Source of the DNA: an uncultured virus (IMG/VR IMGVR_UViG_3300037067_009972)
Lineage: Duplodnaviria > Heunggongvirae > Uroviricota > Caudoviricetes
Reading direction: 5' to 3' (one strand)
IMG/VR virus record: IMGVR_UViG_3300037067_009972
Length of the DNA stretch: 64,000 nucleotides
The translations under genes and the position numbers were made by a program. Below the pieces are notes generated by a model. That model saw only the letters and a list, made by a program, of their open reading frames with translations, was not told the origin of the DNA and searched no databases. Positions 1-10,800 of the stretch are shown here, piece after piece; the stretch's first letter is position 1; every line of letters begins with the position of its first letter.

Positions 1-43
1 TACGATATTTCGTCTCATACTTCCCCGTATAACTTATTATAAT

Positions 44-430
44 TTATTCGATGATAATTACATCGACTAGTGGAATTAAAATATCCGCCGATAATTTTTC
101 GGCCTCTAATTTAGTTTTATTAATTTTAATAAATTGTACATCATGTTCTTCTTTATCAAGCTTAGTTAATTCTTCTTGACATTCTATTATTTTTTCGGGA
201 TCACTGATTTTTGCAGTTTCTCGTCCTTCTTTGTCTCTAGAAGTTATAACTTTACCCTCTCCATCGACATCTGCATATTTGGTATAAAGTTCTTTTGCTA
301 TTTCTTGTGTTTCATTTATAATTTTATCACAAATACGTATATTTTTTGCGATTTCATACGCAACATGTAATCGCTCTTGACTAAGGTTCTTTAATGATTC
401 TTTTATTTGTACTATTTCTATAAATTTCAT
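44..430 (-). CDS. hypothetical protein downstream of tail fibre (possible fibre-associated or chaperone protein)
   Basis: 128-aa ORF with AAGGAG SD and its own promoter-like element; function inferred only from position. Confidence 0.6.
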   Translation of the reverse strand: MKFIEIVQIKESLKNLSQERLHVAYEIAKNIRICDKIINETQEIAKELYTKYADVDGEGKVITSRDKEGRETAKISDPEKIIECQEELTKLDKEEHDVQFIKINKTKLEAEKLSADILIPLVDVIIIE

Positions 431-448
431 ATTTGTCTCCTTTTGTAT

Positions 449-477
449 AATATACCTATTTATTATATAAAAAGCAA
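449..477 (-). promoter_or_regulatory. sigma70-like promoter TTGCTT-N17-TATATT
   Basis: Read on the minus strand upstream of 44..430; a TTGCWT -35 recurs at three other sites. Confidence 0.55.
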
Positions 478-482
478 TTATT

Positions 483-3400
483 TTATGGTTTCGTATAAGT
501 TGTGGCAGTTACCGCTACTACAGGAGCATCATCATACTGGATATAAAAATTACGTACATAACCAGTTCCAGAACAATAGCCGTACAATCCACATACATCT
601 CCTGGTGCCCAATCAATATCTAAATCTTCTGTTTTGGTGACATAACTAGTTGACCCATTTGATTGAAGAGTGCCTACAGGAGATCCATTTCGGTATATTT
701 GGGCATAAGCTGAAGGTCCACCAGCCGATTTTAGATCGAATGCAAATCTTTGTTGTCCTAATAAACCGTTAGTTAGTGTAAACGACTTTAGTAATTCAGG
801 TGTAGGGTATGAGCTAGTAGTAGCTTCTGCAGTACTAGAATGTCGTGTATTAGCAGATATCCCTTTAACTATTATTGCTGGCGCTCCATCAGGGTTTGTA
901 ACCCTTAATCCGGTTGCTTGTATAGCACCATTAAAAGTTACTACCCCGCTACTTGCTGTTAATGTATTTGTATTAGGAAGTGTAAGTGTGCCCGTTGTAG
1001 TAATTGCCCCCGTATAAACTGTGCCATTAACGTATAACTTTTGTCCTCCTCCCCAAGAAGTAGCTCCAATAATTACGCTGCCTTCGATAATGGCACCATA
1101 GCCAGGACTTAAATTATGTCCTGCGTATCCATTTGAATAATACCCTATAACTGCGCCGCCATTAATTTCAAGATTAGCCACACCACCGTCTTCTGGAAAA
1201 CCTACGCATGTTTTTCCGTTAAGAATAATTTTCCATTGACCAAAATTTTGCCCAGTAAATGTTTCTCCCATATATACACGGCCAAATTCATCTATGGCAA
1301 AAGGTATAAAACTATCTATGGCTCTCTTTGACATTATTTCAAAAACACTACCTCCGCCTGGGGTAACAAACCCTTCGGTCTGTAAATACCAGTTTAAGTA
1401 AACGCTGGCACCAAGACTGTTGTCATATGCATTTTGAGAAAACTTAATTGCAGGAGACCATGGCTGTGTTCCAGTAGTAGCTACATCTGGATTAGTTAAT
1501 TCTATACCTGTGCTATATTGTATTGCACCATATTTTGATGTTTGTATTGGACCACTGATTAAGTTATTTTTTATGTAAACATTACCTTCAGCGAAATAAC
1601 CAGCCCAATTTGTCAAATTACCTTCAGCATTCCCATACACCGCCATACAGTGGCCCGAAGGATTTGCGGACATATGTTGTGCGTTAAAATATCCAGCATA
1701 TACATGCTGATAAACATTGTCTTGAAATCCCATTGCAACGGAGTAAACACCATAAAGTCTACCATTTCCGTAAATTTGGTTGTTAATGGCAAAGCGGTCT
1801 ACGCTCGGAGTACTAGCTAGCCCTGTAAAGTCTGTGTATAGCCTTAAATTTTCATAAACCTGAGGTCCGCCTAATTCCGTATCGCCATATAATATACTGT
1901 TTATGTTTGCTGATGAGTAGGGGTAAGGATAGGAGCTTGAATGATTGTATATAAATACATTAGCATCATGTAAGTTTATGGCAGGTCTTACTCCTCCTAT
2001 TCCAGTACGTCCTATAGAGATGGTTGATGTACCATCATAATAATCGTCTATATCATACAACCTCAAAGTGCCGTCTCCTGATATTGTAAGACGTGGCCCG
2101 GTGTCAGTTTTTGATGTTGTTACATATTCCGGTCTAAGCGTATCGCACATAATATCTGCGGTATATAATCCACTTGCAGTTATTGCTGTAAAAGGATATC
2201 CATAAATTACATCATTAGTAGTAACTGTAATTCCACTAGATGCCACGCTTACGTGCTCTAATCTATCAGAACTTTTAACACCATAAAATAGTTTTACAAG
2301 TTTATTTGTATAAAGGGCATCTATTGTAGGTATTGTGTACCCTACGCCTTGATAAATAGTGTTACCTACGTCAAAATTAGTATCTTGGCTGCAGGTACAT
2401 TGCGCAAAAGTCGTATCGTCTCTATATGCATAATTTATTGTTCTCCAAACATTACCTGAAGCATAAATTAAAAAACACCCCTGTAGAGCGAAATCGGAAC
2501 AATCATCCACATATATATCCATATAAGATGATGGCCCAACAGTGCCATAAACTACCCAAGTTACGGTAGTTGTATTAACGTCAGGCAATATTGAAGGAGA
2601 AGCAACGCCCAAAGATGGAGTAGGAATATATGTATTGGTTAATACAGTAGTGCCGCTAGTTATGGTAGAACCTGCTTGTGTTTTAACAGTGCCCCCAGTA
2701 AGTGTACCGGAACCGCTGCCATCTAGCAGCATAGATGAACCAACAGCTAACGAACCAGTTATTGTTCCTGAGGTAGCATTTATAGTTCCGGTTATAGATA
2801 GATCTGAACCACTCCAAACTAATTTATCTTTTAAAGATAATCTGCCTACACCATCGACGTAAAAAGCTGTGTTTGCATTATTATATGATCCAGAACCTAT
2901 ATAGATTTTATTTGAAGCTGCAGAAGAATCCGACTCTAAATGTACACCGCCTGTACTATCAGAAAATGCAGTAACATTTATAGTACAATTTGTGCCTGAC
3001 CCACCTGAAGTGGCATACGTACCTACTGTATACCCATTTCCAGCTGTAGCTATTGAAGCCGCCGTAACTATACCTGAAACATTTGTAGTTACATGAATTG
3101 TACAATTACCGTGACCTCCGACTAAAGTTAGGGTGTCAATATCTCCGTCATAGTTAATACCCCCATTTGCTACTGAAATTGCAGACACGGGTCCCTCAGT
3201 AATATTGTTATATAATGCAGTATCTGTTACAGTCCAACCACCGATATTAACAACACCTGCTGTAGTCCAACTAATTGATTTTGCAGTATTTAATCCAAAC
3301 CACCCACTTCCATCTGTAGCAATATTTACTGTTTGTGTAGAACCGTTATATCCGGTTAATGCGGTAGAGTTTAACTTAATACCTGTATTAGCGGAAGCAC

Positions 3401-6400
3401 TTGTTTGTATAGTACCGCTGCCGATCGTTGTTAAAAGACCGGCACCGATTTGCCAACCATTTGTTGTACCTCCGATATAACCTGCAGTTGCAGTTATAGT
3501 TCCAGAAATATAACAATCTTCTTCTAAATAAACACTGCGACCCCATAAACCATATTTACCAGTAAGTGCACCAAACGCAGTTGAGGTTATACCGTCTAAT
3601 TTGCCTACACGGACTTTTGTTTTAGCAGTGCTAGCAAAATCGCTCCAATTTGCTACGCCATCGTATACATCCATAAATGGAGCATTACCATCACTGGCTG
3701 CATCAAAATACAGCGCACCTTGCCGACCTGATATAGAACTACCTACTGATACTAATGTACCTCCAAGTTTAAATATACCGGCGCCAGATGATACAGTATA
3801 TGTATATCTATATATTGTTTTGTTAGGAGTAACATCAGTTAAGTTATAAGCAACTCCCGAACTAACGATATTAATTTTTATAGATGTAACATCAATTCCA
3901 GAAACTGATATGTCTTTATACCAGGCTAAGTCTCCATTTTGAAAAACGTCTTCTTTAGTATAAACATATTTATTTGCATCTGCGGTTGAACTTTCATACA
4001 TTATTTCTGATACTGCGGGGCTAATCATTAAGTATCCGTTGGTTGCCCGTATTACATCTTTTTGAAATATATGTGTACGAAAAGTATCTCTTATAGTTAA
4101 ATTATCAACCTCAAGATATGACCCAGCAATGGTTTTCCATATTCTCCAACCTCCCCCAAAAGCACCAGACACAAATGATGCAGAAGAGACTGATTTTGTA
4201 TTTCCAACAGTAAGATCAGAGGCGAATACGCTAGTTCCGGTTCCAGAAACAGATATATTTTGACTGAACACAAGGTTAGAAATTTGCCCTTGTAGTATAT
4301 TTGAATTAGGAAGTATAAGATATCCGGGACTTGCTATTTCAACACTTCCACCAAAGTAAGATGCATAATTTCCTGCACCATAGAAATGATAATGAGTACC
4401 ACCTATACCATCTATTCTGGACATCTCTGAAAAATAAGAAGCCGAATTACCGGTAGTTACTCCGCCGTTTTGCCCGGCTATTCCAATAGCTCTGAAACCG
4501 TAAACATTTGTAGCTGTTGATGCAGAAACATATGGCTGCGAATCTACACCAATTATTTTTCCTATAGATTTAGTTCCATAATGAATCGGAGAAAAATATC
4601 CTCCGCATATTATACTATTTGGTTGATCTATGGTATTAAAATAATCCGCAGCAATTCCATATATACCTGATATTTTTTGGGTAATACCGCCCGATGTAGC
4701 AGTTTGCCTGCCAATACTATTACCAACAATTCCCACTACGTGCGTGGTGTTGTTTATTTCAGCTATATCGGTTATACCTTGTATTGCAGCAAACCAATTT
4801 TGCACAACCTTAGTTACTAGTAATTCTACGGGTGTCGTTGTTAAAGTATAAGTGGTTTGATCTCCAATTTGTACACCAGTTCCATCAGTATAAATTAAAC
4901 TGTTGGCTAAACCGCTTGAATCGGACACATGATAAGGCAAATATCCATCTGTCAGGTTTGTTAATTTGGCGGTTGTACCCTGGATTGTAGAAGCACTTAC
5001 AATTATACCGCTGCTTGCTATCGGGCGATCAATTCTTAAGGTAGTGCCATCCCATAATAAATTTATAAGATTTCCAGATTTATCTATAATTAGTGCTGCA
5101 TCAGCTACGGATGAATCTACATTGATCGTAAATGAATTGCTCGTTGTAGAAGCTATTTCTGAACTTGTTACTATTGCTCCAGTTATTTCTAACTGCGTTC
5201 CAGTATAACGAAGATACTCTCCCGCAGGATTCCCTAAATGCATTTTAAATGAGCCCGAATCTTTGCCTATCCAGAAGCCTTCTCCAGTGAAATACCCAGT
5301 TGCACTGCCTAACCCAACTGCAGGAATATTTGAATTAATAAATGCTTCTGTAGTTGATAGTGCATCTGTGCCAACATTCCAGCCCGCTATGTGACCTGTT
5401 GTTGCAGAAATTAATCCACTAATAATTGCGTTTCTAGCATGTAATTCTCCAGCGGCTGTAACATAAAAAGGTGCATCAGTTTGTGTAGTTGCTCCACACC
5501 AGAAACCGTCACCAGAATTCATTTCTACACGAGTAACTCCTGTTCCTGCATATAATGTATCAGTCCCGATTGTAAACCCACCAACTAAACCAGAAGCTGC
5601 TATGATCATACCAGAAAAACTAGCGTTACCCGAATTATCAAGAACTATTTTATTTGTTAATCCAGCCCGTATTCTAATACCATTATACGGATCAATAGTG
5701 ATATTTGCATTTGTAGCATCTGAAGATCCTACACCTAACCCATACACTTCCCCTGGATATCCTAAATAACCGTTAAGATTACCCACACGTAAATGTGTAA
5801 TTAGTCCAGACGAGGTCCATGGACTACCAAGATGTGAATATACTGATAAATATGGGCTATAAGTATCTGAAGCTGTTAAATATAATCCTCCGTGCCCAGC
5901 CGCTCCGTAATTTGTTACGGCTGCACCTTTTTTCCAAACCGGGTTTGCATTAACTCCATATTGATTTGCTAAATCTCGTGTAACTAAATAAGAGGGTGCT
6001 GAACCCGTAAATATAATTTGCATCCATTCGTCATCTGTTCCATCTTTAATGCGCAGAATATCCCCATTTAAAAAAGTGGCGGTACCTTTTATAACTAATG
6101 TGATGCCAGCAGCGGTCATATCTTCTACAAGCACATCTGCATTAGGTGCGACTATTAAACTCCCAGCGTGTGCAGAAATAATGTCTTTTTGAAGAACATA
6201 TGTTCTAAATATACCGCGACAAGCAATATTAGCAACTTCTAATGTATCTGAGTTTAAACTAAATCCTGCTCCAGCAAATCCCGACACATAATTACTAGAT
6301 TGAAATCGTTTGTATCCACCATCAATAGTTATATATGTAGCGGTAGTGGGTCCTAATCTAATTAATGAATTAGTGCTGTCAATAAGAATATTTGAATTTG

Positions 6401-7952
6401 CATCAGTAGTTCCTGATCTTAATCCTGTCGGAGTTATACGCCAGCCACCAATTATTCCAGAGGAAGCACTAATAACACCACTAATGGTTGCATTAGTTGC
6501 AAATAATGCTCCTGCTTGTGTAACATAAAATGGGGAAGATGTTTGTGTATCATTCCCGGCCCAAAAACCTGCACCAGGTTTCATTTGTACTCTAGTTACA
6601 TTTGTTCCTGAATATAAACCTTCTATGGGGTCAATAGTGAAATTACCGATAGCTCCAGAAGTAGCCGTTATTGCCCCTGTTATAGTTGCTTTTGTTGCTA
6701 CTAACAAACCACTTTCGGTTACACGAAATGGTGCTATTGTTCGGTTATCAAAAGTATCTCCAGCCCAAAAACGTACGTCATCATTCTCCGAACTTGCAGA
6801 AGACATACCCATAGAATTTTCAGTATCTCTTATATAATAAGTACCTACATCGAATCCTCCGACATGGCCCGTACTTGCACTTATTATTCCACTAAGAAAT
6901 GTATTGAATGCATAAACAGTACCATTTTCAAGTACCTTAAATACTGCATCAGCCCCAGTAGCGTCTGAAGCTCCAGCAAAAAAACGGATACCTGTGGAAG
7001 TGCCGTTTGAACGCATACCACTATATTTAGTTGTATCGGATGTTTTTATAAGTGCATCAGCATCAATATTCCATCCGGCGATATTGGCATAATATCCTTC
7101 TGCATCTGGAGTATTACGTAATGATATTACATTAGTCAATCCTGAAGCAACACAATAAACTCCATTATTATCAATAAACACTCCAGTGTCTCCACCGGCA
7201 GATATAGAGATATTTTTCTCTATACGAATACGTCCGGCGTCGATTTCATCTGCTGCTAATCGGGAAGTAATTTTTATAGTTAAATTTGCATTTCCTATAT
7301 GAGTTCCTGTTAACTGCACTTTATAGGCAGCACTGATTAAAGATGGAGTCAAGTCATATATTACTGACTCTCCGGCGGCTAAATCCAGAGGATCGGGCGG
7401 AGTTGCAATCCAAGAAGTTATGTCATAAAGAGCATCAAAATCTGCAACCGAAATATGCGGATTTTTATGTTGTTGTATTTTTGATAGTGCTATTCCTGTA
7501 ACCGGTGTAGCCCCAGTATTAGAAATAACAATACGTGTTGCATTTATTGCTACGGCATACTCAAATAATACTGTTGAGTCATTTATAGTTGTAACAGTTT
7601 CGCGTAGAAGTCCCTGAATATCTGCAGGTTCCATGGGTCCTTCTAAAAAAGTATTTAAAATATCAATTCGTTCCCAATCACCGTTTGGTGGTAAGGTTGG
7701 GATACAACCGCTACCAAGAAACTTTAGAATATAGCGTCCAGTGCGAAAAGTATCTGCTGCGAAAGTAAAAGACCAATAACCATATTTATCGGTCGTAGTA
7801 TCACCATATAAAAACCCCAGAGATTCACTAACTAGTTGTACGTGTGCCGCAATAACTGGCTTGCCCAAGTTAGTTAATTTCTTACCCTCAATAACTAATG
7901 AACCATCTAAAATTCTGTATGTTGTCATATTATAATAATAATGGTCTTCCAA
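483..7952 (-). CDS. large tail fibre / receptor-binding protein
   Basis: 2489 aa, G/S/T-rich; repeated FWAG...APFxVTxxG...ISGxIxAxxGxIGGW units and a duplicated LEVxN...FRT...QKD module; last large gene of tail operon. Confidence 0.8.
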   Translation of the reverse strand: MEDHYYYNMTTYRILDGSLVIEGKKLTNLGKPVIAAHVQLVSESLGFLYGDTTTDKYGYWSFTFAADTFRTGRYILKFLGSGCIPTLPPNGDWERIDILNTFLEGPMEPADIQGLLRETVTTINDSTVLFEYAVAINATRIVISNTGATPVTGIALSKIQQHKNPHISVADFDALYDITSWIATPPDPLDLAAGESVIYDLTPSLISAAYKVQLTGTHIGNANLTIKITSRLAADEIDAGRIRIEKNISISAGGDTGVFIDNNGVYCVASGLTNVISLRNTPDAEGYYANIAGWNIDADALIKTSDTTKYSGMRSNGTSTGIRFFAGASDATGADAVFKVLENGTVYAFNTFLSGIISASTGHVGGFDVGTYYIRDTENSMGMSSASSENDDVRFWAGDTFDNRTIAPFRVTESGLLVATKATITGAITATSGAIGNFTIDPIEGLYSGTNVTRVQMKPGAGFWAGNDTQTSSPFYVTQAGALFATNATISGVISASSGIIGGWRITPTGLRSGTTDANSNILIDSTNSLIRLGPTTATYITIDGGYKRFQSSNYVSGFAGAGFSLNSDTLEVANIACRGIFRTYVLQKDIISAHAGSLIVAPNADVLVEDMTAAGITLVIKGTATFLNGDILRIKDGTDDEWMQIIFTGSAPSYLVTRDLANQYGVNANPVWKKGAAVTNYGAAGHGGLYLTASDTYSPYLSVYSHLGSPWTSSGLITHLRVGNLNGYLGYPGEVYGLGVGSSDATNANITIDPYNGIRIRAGLTNKIVLDNSGNASFSGMIIAASGLVGGFTIGTDTLYAGTGVTRVEMNSGDGFWCGATTQTDAPFYVTAAGELHARNAIISGLISATTGHIAGWNVGTDALSTTEAFINSNIPAVGLGSATGYFTGEGFWIGKDSGSFKMHLGNPAGEYLRYTGTQLEITGAIVTSSEIASTTSNSFTINVDSSVADAALIIDKSGNLINLLWDGTTLRIDRPIASSGIIVSASTIQGTTAKLTNLTDGYLPYHVSDSSGLANSLIYTDGTGVQIGDQTTYTLTTTPVELLVTKVVQNWFAAIQGITDIAEINNTTHVVGIVGNSIGRQTATSGGITQKISGIYGIAADYFNTIDQPNSIICGGYFSPIHYGTKSIGKIIGVDSQPYVSASTATNVYGFRAIGIAGQNGGVTTGNSASYFSEMSRIDGIGGTHYHFYGAGNYASYFGGSVEIASPGYLILPNSNILQGQISNLVFSQNISVSGTGTSVFASDLTVGNTKSVSSASFVSGAFGGGWRIWKTIAGSYLEVDNLTIRDTFRTHIFQKDVIRATNGYLMISPAVSEIMYESSTADANKYVYTKEDVFQNGDLAWYKDISVSGIDVTSIKINIVSSGVAYNLTDVTPNKTIYRYTYTVSSGAGIFKLGGTLVSVGSSISGRQGALYFDAASDGNAPFMDVYDGVANWSDFASTAKTKVRVGKLDGITSTAFGALTGKYGLWGRSVYLEEDCYISGTITATAGYIGGTTNGWQIGAGLLTTIGSGTIQTSASANTGIKLNSTALTGYNGSTQTVNIATDGSGWFGLNTAKSISWTTAGVVNIGGWTVTDTALYNNITEGPVSAISVANGGINYDGDIDTLTLVGGHGNCTIHVTTNVSGIVTAASIATAGNGYTVGTYATSGGSGTNCTINVTAFSDSTGGVHLESDSSAASNKIYIGSGSYNNANTAFYVDGVGRLSLKDKLVWSGSDLSITGTINATSGTITGSLAVGSSMLLDGSGSGTLTGGTVKTQAGSTITSGTTVLTNTYIPTPSLGVASPSILPDVNTTTVTWVVYGTVGPSSYMDIYVDDCSDFALQGCFLIYASGNVWRTINYAYRDDTTFAQCTCSQDTNFDVGNTIYQGVGYTIPTIDALYTNKLVKLFYGVKSSDRLEHVSVASSGITVTTNDVIYGYPFTAITASGLYTADIMCDTLRPEYVTTSKTDTGPRLTISGDGTLRLYDIDDYYDGTSTISIGRTGIGGVRPAINLHDANVFIYNHSSSYPYPYSSANINSILYGDTELGGPQVYENLRLYTDFTGLASTPSVDRFAINNQIYGNGRLYGVYSVAMGFQDNVYQHVYAGYFNAQHMSANPSGHCMAVYGNAEGNLTNWAGYFAEGNVYIKNNLISGPIQTSKYGAIQYSTGIELTNPDVATTGTQPWSPAIKFSQNAYDNSLGASVYLNWYLQTEGFVTPGGGSVFEIMSKRAIDSFIPFAIDEFGRVYMGETFTGQNFGQWKIILNGKTCVGFPEDGGVANLEINGGAVIGYYSNGYAGHNLSPGYGAIIEGSVIIGATSWGGGQKLYVNGTVYTGAITTTGTLTLPNTNTLTASSGVVTFNGAIQATGLRVTNPDGAPAIIVKGISANTRHSSTAEATTSSYPTPELLKSFTLTNGLLGQQRFAFDLKSAGGPSAYAQIYRNGSPVGTLQSNGSTSYVTKTEDLDIDWAPGDVCGLYGYCSGTGYVRNFYIQYDDAPVVAVTATTYTKP

Positions 7953-10791
7953 ATAATACTAAGGTTCCTGTAATTCCTGAAAAATTGTCTGGATTAGTTG
8001 CACCTACAGGATCTTCATAAAGATCTACTACAATATTACGGCTGCCTTGAGCTTCTATAATCTGTACATCAGTATCTTTTACAACGCTTTGATCACTTCC
8101 CGGTACTAGTAAATAATCTACTAACGCCTTTCCAACTGTGCCTTCTTGATACCAACGAATACAACATTTACGACCTAATAAAATATCGCAGTCAAAATAA
8201 GCTTTAGTTATTTCATAATCTATCGGGAATGAATGAGACTTATAAACAGTGCGCCCTCTCTCTGTCGTACCAATACGCCCTATACTTCCTAAAGACGGTG
8301 AACCCGAAGTACCTGTAACTGGTCTAAGCATAATTGACGCTCTGCCTCCTGTACTAGATAATAAATTACCCACTACATATTCTTTACCTGTAGACACTTC
8401 TTGTAAAATTTCACCATTGATATCTTGTGTAAAACTAACACCAGTTGAACCTGGATTTAATTTCCAAGTGGCTATCACATTATCTAATGTAAAATAATAC
8501 GCACCTGATCCTATCGCCTGAAAAGTAATATAAACCGCCTTACCAGCCCATCCGTTAGGAATCGCCGCTGATATCGTATTGGCTCCAATAGAGGCGGAAG
8601 TAATATTTTTAAAAGCTATACCTAAAGTAGTGCCTATAGGAGGAGTAGCTAAAGATTGCGCAAGTACTACATTTACTAAAAATGAATTACTACCCGACGT
8701 TCCAGTAAAACCCAGATCAAATGCATATGTTATACTACTTACTCCCGAAGGTATGATTACACCCTGACACAGAGAATCTGTGTAAGCAGGTGGATTTTGT
8801 AAATACATTTTTGCATGTCCTGAATCATATTCAGTATGCCCCGCAATTCCAGAAACCATCGGAGAATTAGTGTGACTTACCCAGCCCGATAAATTACCTG
8901 CAGCAAAATCGCCGTTTACAAGTCCAGCATCAAGTGTTTCTATACCGCTGTAGGCTGGGGTAACAATATTTATTATATCTGCTACATATGAAATCTCGGA
9001 GCCTCCTCCATGGTAACTTCCTGTATCTACATAATCTATTATGCACTGGTACGTTCTAAAGTTTACGGGTATTGTCGCTATAACACCATCATTAGGCGCA
9101 GCTCCTCCACCGCCCGACGTCACTGTCGTAGTAATAACTGTACCTGCAATTTGTCCACCAACTAGTGGTCTAACAACAATATAATATAAATATCTGCCTG
9201 GAGTAGCTATTTCCACATCTGTGTGCTGGGTAACAACTCTTTGGTAGTTCGGCGTTGTAGTATTTACACCGCCCGTAGCAGAGGTATATAATACCTCATA
9301 GGCAGTTGCTAAACTCCAGCCATCAGTAGCCAAACTACCTGGATTAATAGAAAGTTTAAAACCAGCATATGTAGGAGTAGCAACAGCAGTAGCAGTACCT
9401 ACATTTAAATTAGCTAGTTTTGCAAGAAAAGGCGAAGTATATGTTACCACACCTGCAGAAGTATATTTTAATGGATTAGTTTCTTTTGTATATGTGCTTG
9501 CTTGTAACTCACGGTAAGCGGATTTCATAAATTGATTGCAACTTCGCACATATATGTGATATTTTTGCCCTATAGGTATATCAATAGTTGCTTGTGGTCT
9601 AACTACCTTGTTACCAATAATATCAGTAGTACTGTAATTTATAACCCACTCCCTAATTTGTCTGGTATCGACAACGCCGGTGTTTTCTGGTATAGCAACA
9701 ACTTCATAATACTCTGCACCTTCGTGGAATATCCATCCACCATGTAAATCTTCTGTAGTACCAGAGCCGTCGATATTTCGTACACTAATGTAAAGTTTAT
9801 TATTTGTTCCATCCCATGTACTTTGGTAAATATAATAATCCTTACTCCATCGTGTACTATATGCGTGCATACCTATCATTTCACCGGTATTTACATAGTT
9901 TGTCATTCCTGGGTAAGTAGTAGTATCTATGCGTATTAACCCAGAAGCTACGTAATCATCTGTTACATCACAATGGCCCCATTCAAGTTTTGTAGTTACA
10001 TGTGTACTAGCAACAGCTTTTTGCATATCAAGCGGTAATAAAGGCGTCATATCATTATCAAGATGTTCTATACTTTCTGTTGGTAAAACATCTTTAATAA
10101 CAAAACGTATTGGTGTTAAAGGGGTAGCACCAACAGTTAATACTTCAGCATTATTTACTTTTAAAACACCTGAAACAGTAACATCACTGATAAGCGTTTG
10201 AAGGTTTGCATAATCAGTTCGTACTACAGTTGGTGGGAAAGAATCTGTGTTAATAGTAAATACATTTTCATGACGACGATCAGTTATACCTGTAACAGTT
10301 AATCCTGAAGTTGTCACAACATCTGCAAGTACCAACCCAGAAGCTATTAAATCTGGCGCAGCGTCCCATACAAATACATATGAGTCTATTTCACGTGAGG
10401 CGGTTAAGTTCTCTCCCACGGCATATTTAAAACCGTTCATCACAGCAGTATACCCTGCATCAATATGTTGTGCCTTGATATATAAAGTATGAGTTCCTGC
10501 AGTCGTAGGCAATGCAAACGATTGTGGGGTATCTACACTCATAAAACTCATAGAAGAAGAGATACCGTATCCGTCAGATATATTAGCATAACCAGGTGTC
10601 ACATAAGATACTTTTAACGAGGTATCTGCTGCATCTATTGTTCCGTCTTGTGCTCGTTTTGCAATTATACCATATGAATCGATAAATCCGTTTAAAGTTT
10701 GGAGAATACCATTTTTGATATAAAGCTGTAAATCATCAAATAATACTTCCATATTGTGTCGTGCGCCATTTTTTGCTAGTACTTTATTCAT
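7930..10791 (-). CDS. tail/baseplate-associated structural protein
   Basis: 953 aa, beta-rich, with an NGDFAAGNLSGW carbohydrate-binding-like segment; lies between baseplate genes and fibre. Confidence 0.55.
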   Translation of the reverse strand: MNKVLAKNGARHNMEVLFDDLQLYIKNGILQTLNGFIDSYGIIAKRAQDGTIDAADTSLKVSYVTPGYANISDGYGISSSMSFMSVDTPQSFALPTTAGTHTLYIKAQHIDAGYTAVMNGFKYAVGENLTASREIDSYVFVWDAAPDLIASGLVLADVVTTSGLTVTGITDRRHENVFTINTDSFPPTVVRTDYANLQTLISDVTVSGVLKVNNAEVLTVGATPLTPIRFVIKDVLPTESIEHLDNDMTPLLPLDMQKAVASTHVTTKLEWGHCDVTDDYVASGLIRIDTTTYPGMTNYVNTGEMIGMHAYSTRWSKDYYIYQSTWDGTNNKLYISVRNIDGSGTTEDLHGGWIFHEGAEYYEVVAIPENTGVVDTRQIREWVINYSTTDIIGNKVVRPQATIDIPIGQKYHIYVRSCNQFMKSAYRELQASTYTKETNPLKYTSAGVVTYTSPFLAKLANLNVGTATAVATPTYAGFKLSINPGSLATDGWSLATAYEVLYTSATGGVNTTTPNYQRVVTQHTDVEIATPGRYLYYIVVRPLVGGQIAGTVITTTVTSGGGGAAPNDGVIATIPVNFRTYQCIIDYVDTGSYHGGGSEISYVADIINIVTPAYSGIETLDAGLVNGDFAAGNLSGWVSHTNSPMVSGIAGHTEYDSGHAKMYLQNPPAYTDSLCQGVIIPSGVSSITYAFDLGFTGTSGSNSFLVNVVLAQSLATPPIGTTLGIAFKNITSASIGANTISAAIPNGWAGKAVYITFQAIGSGAYYFTLDNVIATWKLNPGSTGVSFTQDINGEILQEVSTGKEYVVGNLLSSTGGRASIMLRPVTGTSGSPSLGSIGRIGTTERGRTVYKSHSFPIDYEITKAYFDCDILLGRKCCIRWYQEGTVGKALVDYLLVPGSDQSVVKDTDVQIIEAQGSRNIVVDLYEDPVGATNPDNFSGITGTLVLFGRPLLL

Positions 10792-10800
10792 ATTTAATCC

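Noticed and set aside
483..7952. Diversity-generating retroelement targeting the tail fibre
   Set aside because: No reverse transcriptase and no TR/VR near-duplicate visible in this window
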